DNA of 64,000 bases from an uncultured Candidatus Binatia bacterium (GTDB taxonomy: Bacteria; Desulfobacterota; Binatia; UBA9968; JAJDTQ01). The translations under genes and the position numbers were made by a program. Positions within the stretch are counted from its first letter, which is position 1. Every line of letters starts with the position of its first letter. The notes beneath the pieces were generated by a model. That model saw only the letters and a program-made list of their open reading frames with translations, searched no databases and had not been told where the DNA came from. The stretch is taken from assembly GCA_964291295.2 (NCBI GenBank), contig OZ219754.1, forward strand, positions 2,688,001-2,752,000. The letters are read 5' to 3'. This document shows, in pieces, positions 30,204-38,955 of this stretch.

Positions 30204-31580
30204 ATGGCATCCCGGGTCCACATCGGCATTCTCGGCGCCGGTACCGTGGGCGGTGCGGTCCACGACCTGATTGCGGGCGGCCATCTGGCGCGCTTCGGCG
30301 TCGATGCCGAAGTCGTGAAGGTGTTCACGCGTACCCCCCGGGGAAAGCCGCGCTACGAGACCTCACCGGAACTGTTTACCACCGACCCGGCGGAGGTCAC
30401 CCGTCACGCCGATGTGGATATCGTGGTGGAGGTATTGAGCGCCGGCGGAGCCGAGGATCTTCGGACTCAAAAGGCATGGGTCCTGGACTCGCTTCGCCAC
30501 GGCAAGTCCGTGGCCACCGCCAACAAGGCGCTGCTGGTGGCCCACGGTGCCGAGATCTGGACCACCGCCCGGGAATGCGGCCGGGCGGTCCGCTTCGAAG
30601 CCTGCGTCGCGGGGGGGATTCCCGTCGTCGGCCCGCTGACCCAGAGCCTCGGTGCCGAACGGCCCGCGGCCATCTACGGGCTGCTCAACGGTACCTGCAA
30701 CTTCGTTCTGACGGAAATGGCCCGGCGCGGCAGGTCGTACGAGGACGCGTTGAAGGCGGCCCAGGCCTTGGGCTACGCCGAGGCCGACCCGGAGGCGGAC
30801 GTGAGTGGCCGCGATGCCGAGGCCAAGCTGCTGCTGCTGTCGTCCATCACCTTTGGCGCGAACCTGAAGCCGGGGACCATTCACCGCAAGGGCATTGAGC
30901 GCATCCATGCCATCGACTTCCTGTACGCCGCCAGAAAGGGCCGCGGCACCATCAAGTCCGTGGCATTGGCGCGGAGTGCCGGCGGTGTGCTGGAGGCCAT
31001 GGTGACGCCCATGATGGTGCCCGGACACCATCCCATCGCGGGCATCGACGGCGTGACCAACGCGGTTTTCTTCAAGGGCCGGGTGAGCGACGGTGGAGCG
31101 AAGGACGCCGGTGACTGGGACTATCTGTTCGCGGGTCCGGGGGCGGGCGGCGGCGCCACCGCGGTGGCGGTGCTGGGCGATGTCCACGAACTGGTGGCGC
31201 GTTCGGGCGATACGCCCTTTTTGCCGGTGGAGAGCATCGTCTCCGGGGTGGAGTCGGTGCGTCCGGAAGACGAGTTGAGCGCGTCCTTCTACGTGCGCTT
31301 CGTGGTGAGGGACCAGAGCGGCATTGTCGGCGAGCTTTGCCAGATTTTCGGGGAGAAGCAGATCAACGTCTCCGAAGTCTGGCAACTCCGGCATACCCGG
31401 GAAGAGCTGAAGTCGCTTGTAGCGTCGGGGAAAGGCGGCGGCGCACCCGACGGGATCCTTCCGTTCGTGATCACCCTGGAAGAGACCCGTGTCGGCCAAC
31501 TCCGCCAAGCCCTGGGACGCATCGTGGAAAAGGACTTTCTGCTGGCGGAACCCTTCTGGCTGCCCATATGGCGGGTCTGA
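30204..31580 (+). CDS. hom: Homoserine dehydrogenase with ACT domain
   Basis: GAGTVG, TANKA, FEACVAGGIP, LNGTCNF, LGYAEADP, GPGAGG. Confidence 0.93.
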   Translation: MASRVHIGILGAGTVGGAVHDLIAGGHLARFGVDAEVVKVFTRTPRGKPRYETSPELFTTDPAEVTRHADVDIVVEVLSAGGAEDLRTQKAWVLDSLRHGKSVATANKALLVAHGAEIWTTARECGRAVRFEACVAGGIPVVGPLTQSLGAERPAAIYGLLNGTCNFVLTEMARRGRSYEDALKAAQALGYAEADPEADVSGRDAEAKLLLLSSITFGANLKPGTIHRKGIERIHAIDFLYAARKGRGTIKSVALARSAGGVLEAMVTPMMVPGHHPIAGIDGVTNAVFFKGRVSDGGAKDAGDWDYLFAGPGAGGGATAVAVLGDVHELVARSGDTPFLPVESIVSGVESVRPEDELSASFYVRFVVRDQSGIVGELCQIFGEKQINVSEVWQLRHTREELKSLVASGKGGGAPDGILPFVITLEETRVGQLRQALGRIVEKDFLLAEPFWLPIWRV

Positions 31581-31634
31581 CCAGGCGTCCCGCACCCGGA
31601 TACGGGGGCGAGCCGGGCTTTCGAGGGAAGGCCC

Positions 31635-32309
31635 ATGGCTGACCGCGGCCATCGGGCGGCGCTGGTGGCGGTACGGGACAGCCGCCGCTTCGGTCTTCAG
31701 GTGCTGTCGCGGTCCGTGGCCGCCGGCGCGGTCACCCTGTCTTTTCCCGGGGACCGTATCGACCGCGAAGACCACGCGGCGGCGACCTTGCGGCGCTGCC
31801 ACCACGCGGCGGAAGACAGGGCGCGCCGGTTGCCCGGACACGGGCTGACCCCGGCGTATGCCGTGGGTTGTCGCGTTGCCGCGGCAAGAGTGCTGCTGGC
31901 CACCACGGGCATTCTGTTTGTCGTCGAGGGAGGGCGGCCGGTTCCCGCGGGACGGAGGGTACTGCCGCGGGAGCGTCGAGCCGTGAGCGGAAGCGGACTG
32001 GAATTCACGAATTTTCTGGTTCGGGAGCAACTGCACTGCGATCTGGGCCGAATGTTCTTCTTCACCCAATGGGCGGACTCCCGTTCCGGCGGCGCCACCT
32101 GGTTCTTTCTCGTCAAGCTCCCGGATGACCTCCGCGTTGCCGGCGCCGCCTGGTGCGTTCCGGACAGGGCGTTGCTCCGCTGGCGCGAGGGTGGGCTCTC
32201 CCTGGATTTCGAAACCTTCGCGTGTCTGCGGATCCTGACGGATTTTTCCTCCTGTGACAGTCTCCTGTCCGAATACCGGCTCCGCGAGACGCCCCACACC
32301 CGGCCATGA
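31635..32309 (+). CDS. Hypothetical protein, degenerate NUDIX (NUDT19-like) fold
   Basis: Layout ALVAVRD...LQVL...SFPG..IDRED...AAARV...TGIL...WFFLV.LP...AL..W..G.L resembles NUDT19-like hydrolases but lacks the Nudix-box glutamates. Confidence 0.5.
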   Translation: MADRGHRAALVAVRDSRRFGLQVLSRSVAAGAVTLSFPGDRIDREDHAAATLRRCHHAAEDRARRLPGHGLTPAYAVGCRVAAARVLLATTGILFVVEGGRPVPAGRRVLPRERRAVSGSGLEFTNFLVREQLHCDLGRMFFFTQWADSRSGGATWFFLVKLPDDLRVAGAAWCVPDRALLRWREGGLSLDFETFACLRILTDFSSCDSLLSEYRLRETPHTRP

Positions 32310-33274
32310 CGACAGAATTGACCGTCGCACTGGAGCGCCATGACCGGCACTTGCCGTTCTTCATGGGAATGATCACCCCCCCGGACGGTATCACCCTGAA
32401 GGTGCTCGAGGTCGGCATGGCGCCGCCCCGGCGCGACGGCATCGACCCTCACCCACGCTTCTGGCGCGGGGACGAGAGCGACATCTGCGAGATGTCGCTC
32501 TCATCCTGCCTGACGGCCAAGAGCCGTGCCCCGGCTACACGGCGACGCCGGTGTTCCCGCGCCGCCTGTTCAGCCAGAACCACATGTTCGTCAACACCGC
32601 TGCCGGTATCGACGAGCCCGCCGGCCTGATCGGCCGGAAAGTCTGCTGCCGCAGTTTCCAGACCACCATGTCGGTGCTGGCCAAGGGCGACCTCGCGTTC
32701 GAGTACGGCGTTCCTTGGCAGGAACTCGACTGACAGACCATGAGCGCGGAGCTTGTCGACTGGCCGGGCCGCGCGGCGGCCGCTCTGATCCGCATCGACG
32801 AACCCGGCGCCCCGGACGCACTGATCAGGGGCGACCTCGCCGTGATGATCCATCCGCATCCGCCGGCAAGGCTGTTGGAGGGGCTGCGCGAGGGATCCGT
32901 TCGCCGGCTGTTCCCCGACACCAGGGAAGAATGTGCCCGCTATTTCAGGAAGTATGGCGATTATCCCATCATGCACGTGCTGGTCTTCAGGCAGGAGACC
33001 GCCGACCGTCACCCGGAACTGCCGCGCGCTCATGGCCATGTGGGAGGATTCCAGGGCGCAGGCGGCAGGATTCCATGAAGACCCGGGCTATTCGGAACTG
33101 GCCTTCGCGCGCAATGACTTCGAGGAGGAGCAGGCCCTGTTCGGGGCCGACATCTGGCCGTCGGGCGTCGCCGCCGACCGCGCCGGCCTCGAACGCTTCA
33201 TGAATTACCTGGCCGGCATCGATGCCCCCTGTCCGGTGGAGGACCTCTTTCACCCGAGCGTGCCGGATACCTGA
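32306..33274 (+). pseudogene. 4,5-dihydroxyphthalate decarboxylase (PhtD)-like / ABC substrate-binding-fold pseudogene
   Basis: Family motifs (DICEMSLSS, PVFPRRLFSQ, YPIMH, IWPSG..A.R..LERF, VEDLF) lie in segments separated by frameshifts near 32525 and 33025, plus an in-frame TGA at 32731. Confidence 0.8.
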
Positions 33275-33509
33275 ATCCACGTTACCCGGATGACCCGCCG
33301 TCATGGCGGGGAGACGACCGGCCGGATTGCCATTCCCACGCGGCGCCACAGCAGCCCCCCCGACCGGCCACTGGCGGCGCGGGTGATGGCGAAACACCCC
33401 GAACTGTGTGATACTGCGTCTGTTCCGCTGAGAAACGCGGAACAGCGGCCATCGTCCCTTGGGTTGATCGTCCCTTGGCCTTTTGTCATTTCGCGAAGTG
33501 ACCCGTGCC

Positions 33510-34847
33510 ATGAAACTCTACGTGCAAACCTACGGCTGCCAGATGAATCAGCTCGATTCGGCGCGGATCGTGCAGTTCATGAAGTCTGCGGACTATGAAC
33601 CCACCGACCGCGTGGAAGAGGCCGATCTTATCATACTCAATACCTGCAGCGTGCGGGACAAGGCGGAGCAGAAGGTTTACAGTGCGCTGGGAAGATGGCG
33701 TCCGCTCAAGGAAGAGAAGGGGGTCATCCTCGGGGTGGGCGGCTGTGTCGCCCAGCAGGAAGGGGAGGCGTTGCTCCGCCGGGCACCGTATCTGGATCTC
33801 GTATTCGGCACCCACAACATGCACAAGCTGCCGCAGATGGTCGCGGAGGCACGGGAGGCGTCCCGGCGCCCGGTGGAGACGGCCTTCTACCGCGACCCGT
33901 TCCATCTCGAGGATCCGGCGGGGCTTCCCGAGGCCAATGGGGCCAAGGCTTGGGTCACCATCATGCAGGGGTGCAACAAGGTCTGCAGCTTCTGCATCGT
34001 CCCCCGGGTGCGTGGGCGCGAGGTGAGCCGCCCCAGCGACAACATCGTCCGGGACGTGGAGGCACTGGTTCGGCGCGGGGCCAAGGAGGTCCTGCTGCTG
34101 GGGCAGAACGTCAACTCCTATGGCCAGACGATGGAAGGGGAGCGCTCTTTCCCGGAGTTGCTGGAACGGATCAATCAGGTTCCCGGGATCCGGCGGATCC
34201 GCTTCACCACATCCCATCCGCAGGACCTTTCGCCGGAGCTGGTGGACGCCTTCGTCCGGCTTGAGCACCTGTGCGAGCACCTTCATCTGCCGCTTCAATC
34301 CGGCTCCGATGCGGTGCTGGCGCGCATGCGCCGCGGCTACGGGCTGGGCGAGTACATGGAACGGGTCCGGGCGCTGCGAAAGCGGCGGCCGGAGGTGGCC
34401 ATCACGACGGACATGATCGTCGGATTCCCGGGCGAGACCGAGGCGGAGTTCGAGGAAACGCTGTCCGTCGTCCGGGAGATCGAGTACGACGACATGTTCG
34501 TCTTTGCCTATTCGCCGCGTCCCCGTACGGTGGCGGCCAGGGTCTACCGGGATGACGTTCCCGACCAGGTCAAGGGCGAGCGTTGCCGGAGACTGCAGGA
34601 GCTGCAAAAGGGCATCTCCCTCCGCAAGAACCGGAACCTGATCGGCGGGAAACAGGAGATTCTGGTGGAAGGGCCGTCCAGGCTGGGCGGGGATCAACTC
34701 ATGGGCCGGACCCGAACCAACCGGATCGTCAACTTCACACCTGACGAAACCACCGTCCCGGCGGAGATGGCTCGGGTGCGCGTGGTCGGCGCCACGCCCA
34801 ACTCGCTGGTGGGCGAGGCTATCGGAGCAAGGGAGGCCATCCAATGA
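33510..34847 (+). CDS. miaB: tRNA-2-methylthio-N6-dimethylallyladenosine synthase
   Basis: TYGCQMN, NTCSVRDKAEQK, GCVAQ, GCNKVCSFCIVP, TRAM domain. Confidence 0.96.
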   Translation: MKLYVQTYGCQMNQLDSARIVQFMKSADYEPTDRVEEADLIILNTCSVRDKAEQKVYSALGRWRPLKEEKGVILGVGGCVAQQEGEALLRRAPYLDLVFGTHNMHKLPQMVAEAREASRRPVETAFYRDPFHLEDPAGLPEANGAKAWVTIMQGCNKVCSFCIVPRVRGREVSRPSDNIVRDVEALVRRGAKEVLLLGQNVNSYGQTMEGERSFPELLERINQVPGIRRIRFTTSHPQDLSPELVDAFVRLEHLCEHLHLPLQSGSDAVLARMRRGYGLGEYMERVRALRKRRPEVAITTDMIVGFPGETEAEFEETLSVVREIEYDDMFVFAYSPRPRTVAARVYRDDVPDQVKGERCRRLQELQKGISLRKNRNLIGGKQEILVEGPSRLGGDQLMGRTRTNRIVNFTPDETTVPAEMARVRVVGATPNSLVGEAIGAREAIQ

Positions 34848-35359
34848 AGGATCCTGATGCTATTGAAATGACCGTGGCCGGGCTGACGCTCGATCAGGTT
34901 ACCCGGACGCCCATCGTGGTATTGAAGGATTCCGAGAACAAGTTGCAGCTTCCGATCTGGATCGGGCTGCTTGAGGCCACGGCCATGGCCACGGAAATCG
35001 AAGGTATCCGGATGGCGCGCCCCATGACCCACGACCTGTTCAAGAACGTGCTGTCCGAACTGGGCGGGACGGTGAAGCGGGTTGCCATCACGGAACTCAA
35101 GGAAAACACCTACTACGCGGTGATCACGCTGGCGGTGGGCGACCGCGAGGTGGCCATGGATTCGCGCCCCAGCGATGCCATCGCCATGGCGCTGCGCAGC
35201 AAGACTCCCATCTACGTGGCCAAGGAAGTACTGGAGCAGTCGAGCGTGCTGCAACAGGCGGAAGAGGGGAAAGACCCGAACTTCTCCAATGTCTCCAAGG
35301 AGAAATGGGGGGAGATCCTCGACAAGATGTCCCCCGAGGACTTCAAGTACAAGATGTAA
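34844..35359 (+). CDS. Bifunctional nuclease family protein (DUF151)
   Basis: LPIWIGLLEA, RPMTHDL, DSRPSDAIAMALR. Confidence 0.92.
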   Translation: MKDPDAIEMTVAGLTLDQVTRTPIVVLKDSENKLQLPIWIGLLEATAMATEIEGIRMARPMTHDLFKNVLSELGGTVKRVAITELKENTYYAVITLAVGDREVAMDSRPSDAIAMALRSKTPIYVAKEVLEQSSVLQQAEEGKDPNFSNVSKEKWGEILDKMSPEDFKYKM

Positions 35360-35383
35360 GGCAGGTTGGGAGATTTCGGCGCC

Positions 35384-36082
35384 ATGGCCTCGGCGAAAAA
35401 GCGTATTCTGCGAAGGGACATCCGTCAGCCGGACCGGTTCATGGTGTGGACCGGCCGATTCCTGGATCTGCTCAGGGCTTACCGGGCGCAGTTGATCTAT
35501 GCGGGTGCCGCGGCGGTGGCGGTGGCGGTGGCCGTGGGTGGCTGGCAGTACTACCGCACCTACCAGCGGGATCTTGCGTTCCGGCACTACGACCAGGGAC
35601 TGCAGGAGTATCGGGAAGGCCGCTACGACGCGGCCGTCGAGACATTCCGCAGTCTCAAGGACCGTGGCGTGGCGCCCTACGACGTTCTTGCCGAACTCTA
35701 CATCGCCAACAGCTTCCTTGCACTCGACCAGCCGGCCAACGCCGTGACGACGCTCGGCGGCTCCGCGGTCGCCGGCCGGGAGGGTTTTCTCAAGCAGGTG
35801 GCGCTCGTGGCCCTCGGTCTGGCCCAGGAAATGAACGGCTCGTGCGAAGAGGCGGTGCAGTCCCTCGACCGTGCTCTGGAGCACCCGGGGCCTTTGCGCC
35901 AGGAAGCCATGCTCGGCAAGGCCCGCTGCAACACCCGGTTGGGCAAGACGCAAGACGCGGTGGACACTTACAAGGCCTATCTCAAGGAATTTCCCGAGGG
36001 CGAGACCGTCGAGGTCGCGTTGCGGATGCAACGGCTGGAAGCCGAATCGGGAAACTCGCCGTCACCGGCCGCGCAGCAATAG
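35384..36082 (+). CDS. Membrane-anchored TPR protein (YfgM-like)
   Basis: Basic N-terminus with PDRF, single TM, several TPR-like helices. Confidence 0.7.
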   Translation: MASAKKRILRRDIRQPDRFMVWTGRFLDLLRAYRAQLIYAGAAAVAVAVAVGGWQYYRTYQRDLAFRHYDQGLQEYREGRYDAAVETFRSLKDRGVAPYDVLAELYIANSFLALDQPANAVTTLGGSAVAGREGFLKQVALVALGLAQEMNGSCEEAVQSLDRALEHPGPLRQEAMLGKARCNTRLGKTQDAVDTYKAYLKEFPEGETVEVALRMQRLEAESGNSPSPAAQQ

Positions 36083-36211
36083 CCGCGGCCAACCTCCAGG
36101 ACAGGACAAGAACCGGATTCGAGGCGCACCATTGGGGTTTGCCCGGCGTGCCTCCGGAGCCTGCCGGCTGCCTCTCGGGCGCCCCAACCCGCGATCGACA
36201 TCCGACACCAA

Positions 36212-36239
36212 ACGTCCGATAATGTATATTATGTCAACT
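36212..36239 (+). other. dif: dif site (XerC/XerD chromosome dimer resolution site)
   Basis: ACGTCCGATAA-TGTATA-TTATGTCAACT versus E. coli dif GGTGCGCATAA-TGTATA-TTATGTTAAAT. Intergenic, AT-rich in a GC-rich context, at the switch from + to - strand genes. Confidence 0.88.
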
Positions 36240-36497
36240 ACTGGAGGTGTGGCCGGCACGCATGGGGGCGTTCCGGTCCGGCAGCGTTCGAGGCCTGACT
36301 TCTCGTGGGGAATCCGGTTTGGCCGCCGGCCCCCCTTCCCCGGACCTGACGGCGGATGGGGCACGCGCTGAAAGGTTGCGGCAGCCCTTGAGGTCGGAGA
36401 TGCCTGCCAAGCGGGGCGCCTGTCCGTGAGGGTACCGCGGCCGAGGCTGGTGCGGCTGAGAGGGTTGGTTGAATTGGCTGAACTGGCAGCGGCGAAC

Positions 36498-37535
36498 CTA
36501 CCGCTCCACCGGCAACTCCGCGTCGTTCCATGCCAGCAGGCCGCCGGCCAGATTGGAGACGTCGGTGAAGCCGGAGCGGCCCAGGATGGCCGCGGCGGTC
36601 GCACTGCGCATGCCGGCACGGCAGAGGGTCACCACCGGGCCTTTCTTGTGCTCGTCGATCTCCTCCAGGCGCGTTACAAGCTCCCGGAGCGGGATGAGCA
36701 CACTGCCGGGCAGGTGGCCGAGCTCGCCCGAGTATTCGGCAGGCTCGCGCACGTCCACCAGCAGCGGCCGGGTGTCCGAAGCCAGCAGGCGCCGGAGCCC
36801 CTGGATGTCGATTTCCCGAACCTTCTTGAGCTCGCTCCAATCCGGAAAGCTGATCTGGCCGCTGCCGAGGGCGGACTGGTTGGGCTGCAGGACCTCCTGG
36901 ATATTCTGCGGCGGCGAGAGCTGGAGGTTGTTCATCAGGTCGATGTATTCCTGCCGGGTTCGGTTGGCGAGGCGCGGGTTGCCCTGCCTTTCCCGGCCGA
37001 TGGTGGATGTGGTGTTGCCGCGGTAGTCGTGGCCTGGGCGAACGATGGTTCCGTCCGGCAGCGTAAAGAGCTTCCGGGTGACGGCGTCGAACTGGGCACC
37101 GGCGTCGCCGCCCGCGAAGTCGGTACGTCCGGAGCCGCCGATGAACAGGGTGTCACCGGTGAGCACGTTCCCTTCCACCAGCAGGCTCATGCCGTCCGGG
37201 GTGTGTCCGGGGGTATGCAGGACGCGAATCCTGAGATCTCCGACTTGAATCTCGTCGTCCTCCTCCAGGTGCATGTCGACGGCCGGACTCGGCGCCCACT
37301 TCTGCATGGCGAATCGCGACCCCACCAGAAAGCGCAATTGCGGGCAGCCGCTGAGATGATCGGCGTGGGTATGGGTATCGATGACCAGATCCAGCGTGAG
37401 GCGGTGGTAGGCCAGCACCGCGAGATATCGGTCCACATGGGCGTGGAGGGGATCCACCAGGATAGCGTGTCCCCTGCCCTCATCGCCGATCAGGTAGGTC
37501 TTGCAGCTTTCACCGTTGAGTTCGCTCAGGATCAT
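36498..37535 (-). CDS. Persulfide dioxygenase (MBL fold, ETHE1-like) fused to rhodanese
   Basis: THTHADHLSG, HTPGHT, GRTDF, PGHDY; C-terminal LVDVRE...GHLPGS...CRAGMRS...LAGGLLAW. Confidence 0.92.
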   Translation of the reverse strand: MILSELNGESCKTYLIGDEGRGHAILVDPLHAHVDRYLAVLAYHRLTLDLVIDTHTHADHLSGCPQLRFLVGSRFAMQKWAPSPAVDMHLEEDDEIQVGDLRIRVLHTPGHTPDGMSLLVEGNVLTGDTLFIGGSGRTDFAGGDAGAQFDAVTRKLFTLPDGTIVRPGHDYRGNTTSTIGRERQGNPRLANRTRQEYIDLMNNLQLSPPQNIQEVLQPNQSALGSGQISFPDWSELKKVREIDIQGLRRLLASDTRPLLVDVREPAEYSGELGHLPGSVLIPLRELVTRLEEIDEHKKGPVVTLCRAGMRSATAAAILGRSGFTDVSNLAGGLLAWNDAELPVER

Positions 37536-37556
37536 GGAGACCGGGTCGAAAGGGCA

Positions 37557-38714
37557 TCAGAAATAACGCCAGAGCCACCATTTCTCGAACAGGAGCTTGC
37601 TCCAGTAGATCATTCGGGATGGGCCCCAGGAACGTGAGTCGGTGGCGCCGAAGGGGGGCCATCCCTGAGGGTATATGGTGCGGTTGGCGGCGGCGCGTCC
37701 CGCGCCGCAGGCGAGCAGTCATATCGTGTGCAGGTGCAGGGTCGACAACTCTCCTTCTCCGGTGATCTCCGCCACGAGATTGTCCGCCACCACGTCGGCT
37801 TCCTGGTGCGCCACGCCGCCGGCCTTGGAGGCGGGCATGTCGGCGCAGTCGCCGATGGCGTAGACATTTTCCCACTTGGTCTCCAGGGTATCGTAGTCCA
37901 CCTGGATGCCGGTCTCCCGTTCCGCCAGCCCGCATTCGTAGAGCACTCTGGAGGGGCGGTGCGGCGGTACCATGAACAGGAGGTCGTAGGAAAGCTCGTA
38001 GCCGTAGAGGCCGTGGACCCGCTGCTTCTCGGCGTCGATGGACTGCACGATGAAGTCGTAGTGGATGGAGACGTTGCGTTTCCTGCTCTGGGAGTCCATC
38101 CACACCAATGGCAGGTGTTCCTCGCCGGCGGGCTCGGGCTCCGGGGTGAAGTATTGCAGGGCCACCAGGTCGCGGATGTTGCGTTCCTTGAAATAACTAT
38201 CCAGCATCCACTGGGCTTCATAGGGTGCGGGCGGGCAACGGTAGGGGCCCTGCGGCACACCCACCAGCACGCGTCCTTCGCGGAAATGGTCGAGGGTGGT
38301 CCTGAGCCGCAGGGCGGCGTCCATTTCCCAGGGATGGTGCGCCCCTTCGGCGAAGCCGGGAAGCAGGTCGGGTCTGACCTCAAGACCCAGGGAGACGATC
38401 AGGTAGTCATAGGGGATGGCGGTACTTTCGAGAACCACCTGCCGGCGGCCGGGATCGATCCCCAGGATCTCCGCCTGGAGCACCCGGAGGTTGCGCTTTT
38501 CCAGACGCTTGAGCTTTCGCGTGATATCCTCGGGGCGGCGTTGCCCCACCATCACGAACAGGAAAGCCGGCATGTAGACGTGGTCGGCCCGGCGGTCGAT
38601 GAGGATGATGTCGTGGTCCGCTCCCAGCGCGCGGCCGAGCTTGGTGGCCGCGACGATGCCGCCGCTGCCGCCGCCGAGTACGACGATCTGTTTGCGTCCG
38701 TTGTGGTAATGCAT
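37557..38714 (-). CDS. sqr: Sulfide:quinone oxidoreductase (type III/FCSD-like), predicted selenoprotein with UGA332=Sec (385 aa by readthrough)
   Basis: GGGSGG FAD motif, YRCPPAPYE (first catalytic Cys), YAIGDC, SKAGGVA. After TGA 37719-37721 the frame continues LLACGAGRAA...PSRMIYWSKLLFEKWWLWRYF* to 37557. Confidence 0.8.
37690..37708 (-). promoter_or_regulatory. Putative bacterial SECIS hairpin
   Basis: mRNA UGA-cugcucgccu-GCGGCGCG-GGA-CGCGCCGC: perfect 8-bp stem with a G-containing apical loop 18 nt after the UGA. Confidence 0.6.
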
Positions 38715-38732
38715 CCCTGATGGCCGCCTTCC

Positions 38733-38942
38733 TCAGGAGGCCGTCCGCTGCCGCCGCCGCGCGCGCAGGGCCAGACCTTTCAGGCTGCGCATGCGCCGGT
38801 CCCGCCACATGCGCTGCTCCTGCCGTCCTTCGTCGGTCAGTTCCGATTCGAACCGCGAAGTGCCCCGGATCAGGAGCAGCACCAGGAAATCGGAACATCC
38901 CTTGAGCTGCTCCGCCATCCACGTGAAGAGTCCGCCGGACAT
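38733..38942 (-). CDS. Small hypothetical protein (69 aa)
   Basis: MSGGLFTWMAEQLKGCSDFLVLLLIRG...; GC-rich third codon positions; fills the gap between the dapA-like gene and sqr on the same strand. Confidence 0.55.
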   Translation of the reverse strand: MSGGLFTWMAEQLKGCSDFLVLLLIRGTSRFESELTDEGRQEQRMWRDRRMRSLKGLALRARRRQRTAS

Positions 38943-38955
38943 CACAAACCGTCCA

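Noticed and set aside
32731-32733. In-frame TGA as a second selenocysteine
   Set aside because: The position looks like Trp rather than Cys, and the same gene has two frameshifts, so nonsense decay is simpler.
38715-38735. The upstream 69-aa ORF is in frame with sqr across a TGA (possible readthrough fusion)
   Set aside because: Being in frame has a one-in-three chance. No SECIS-like hairpin or Cys context is present, and sqr has its own start with the FAD motif at the expected N-terminal position.
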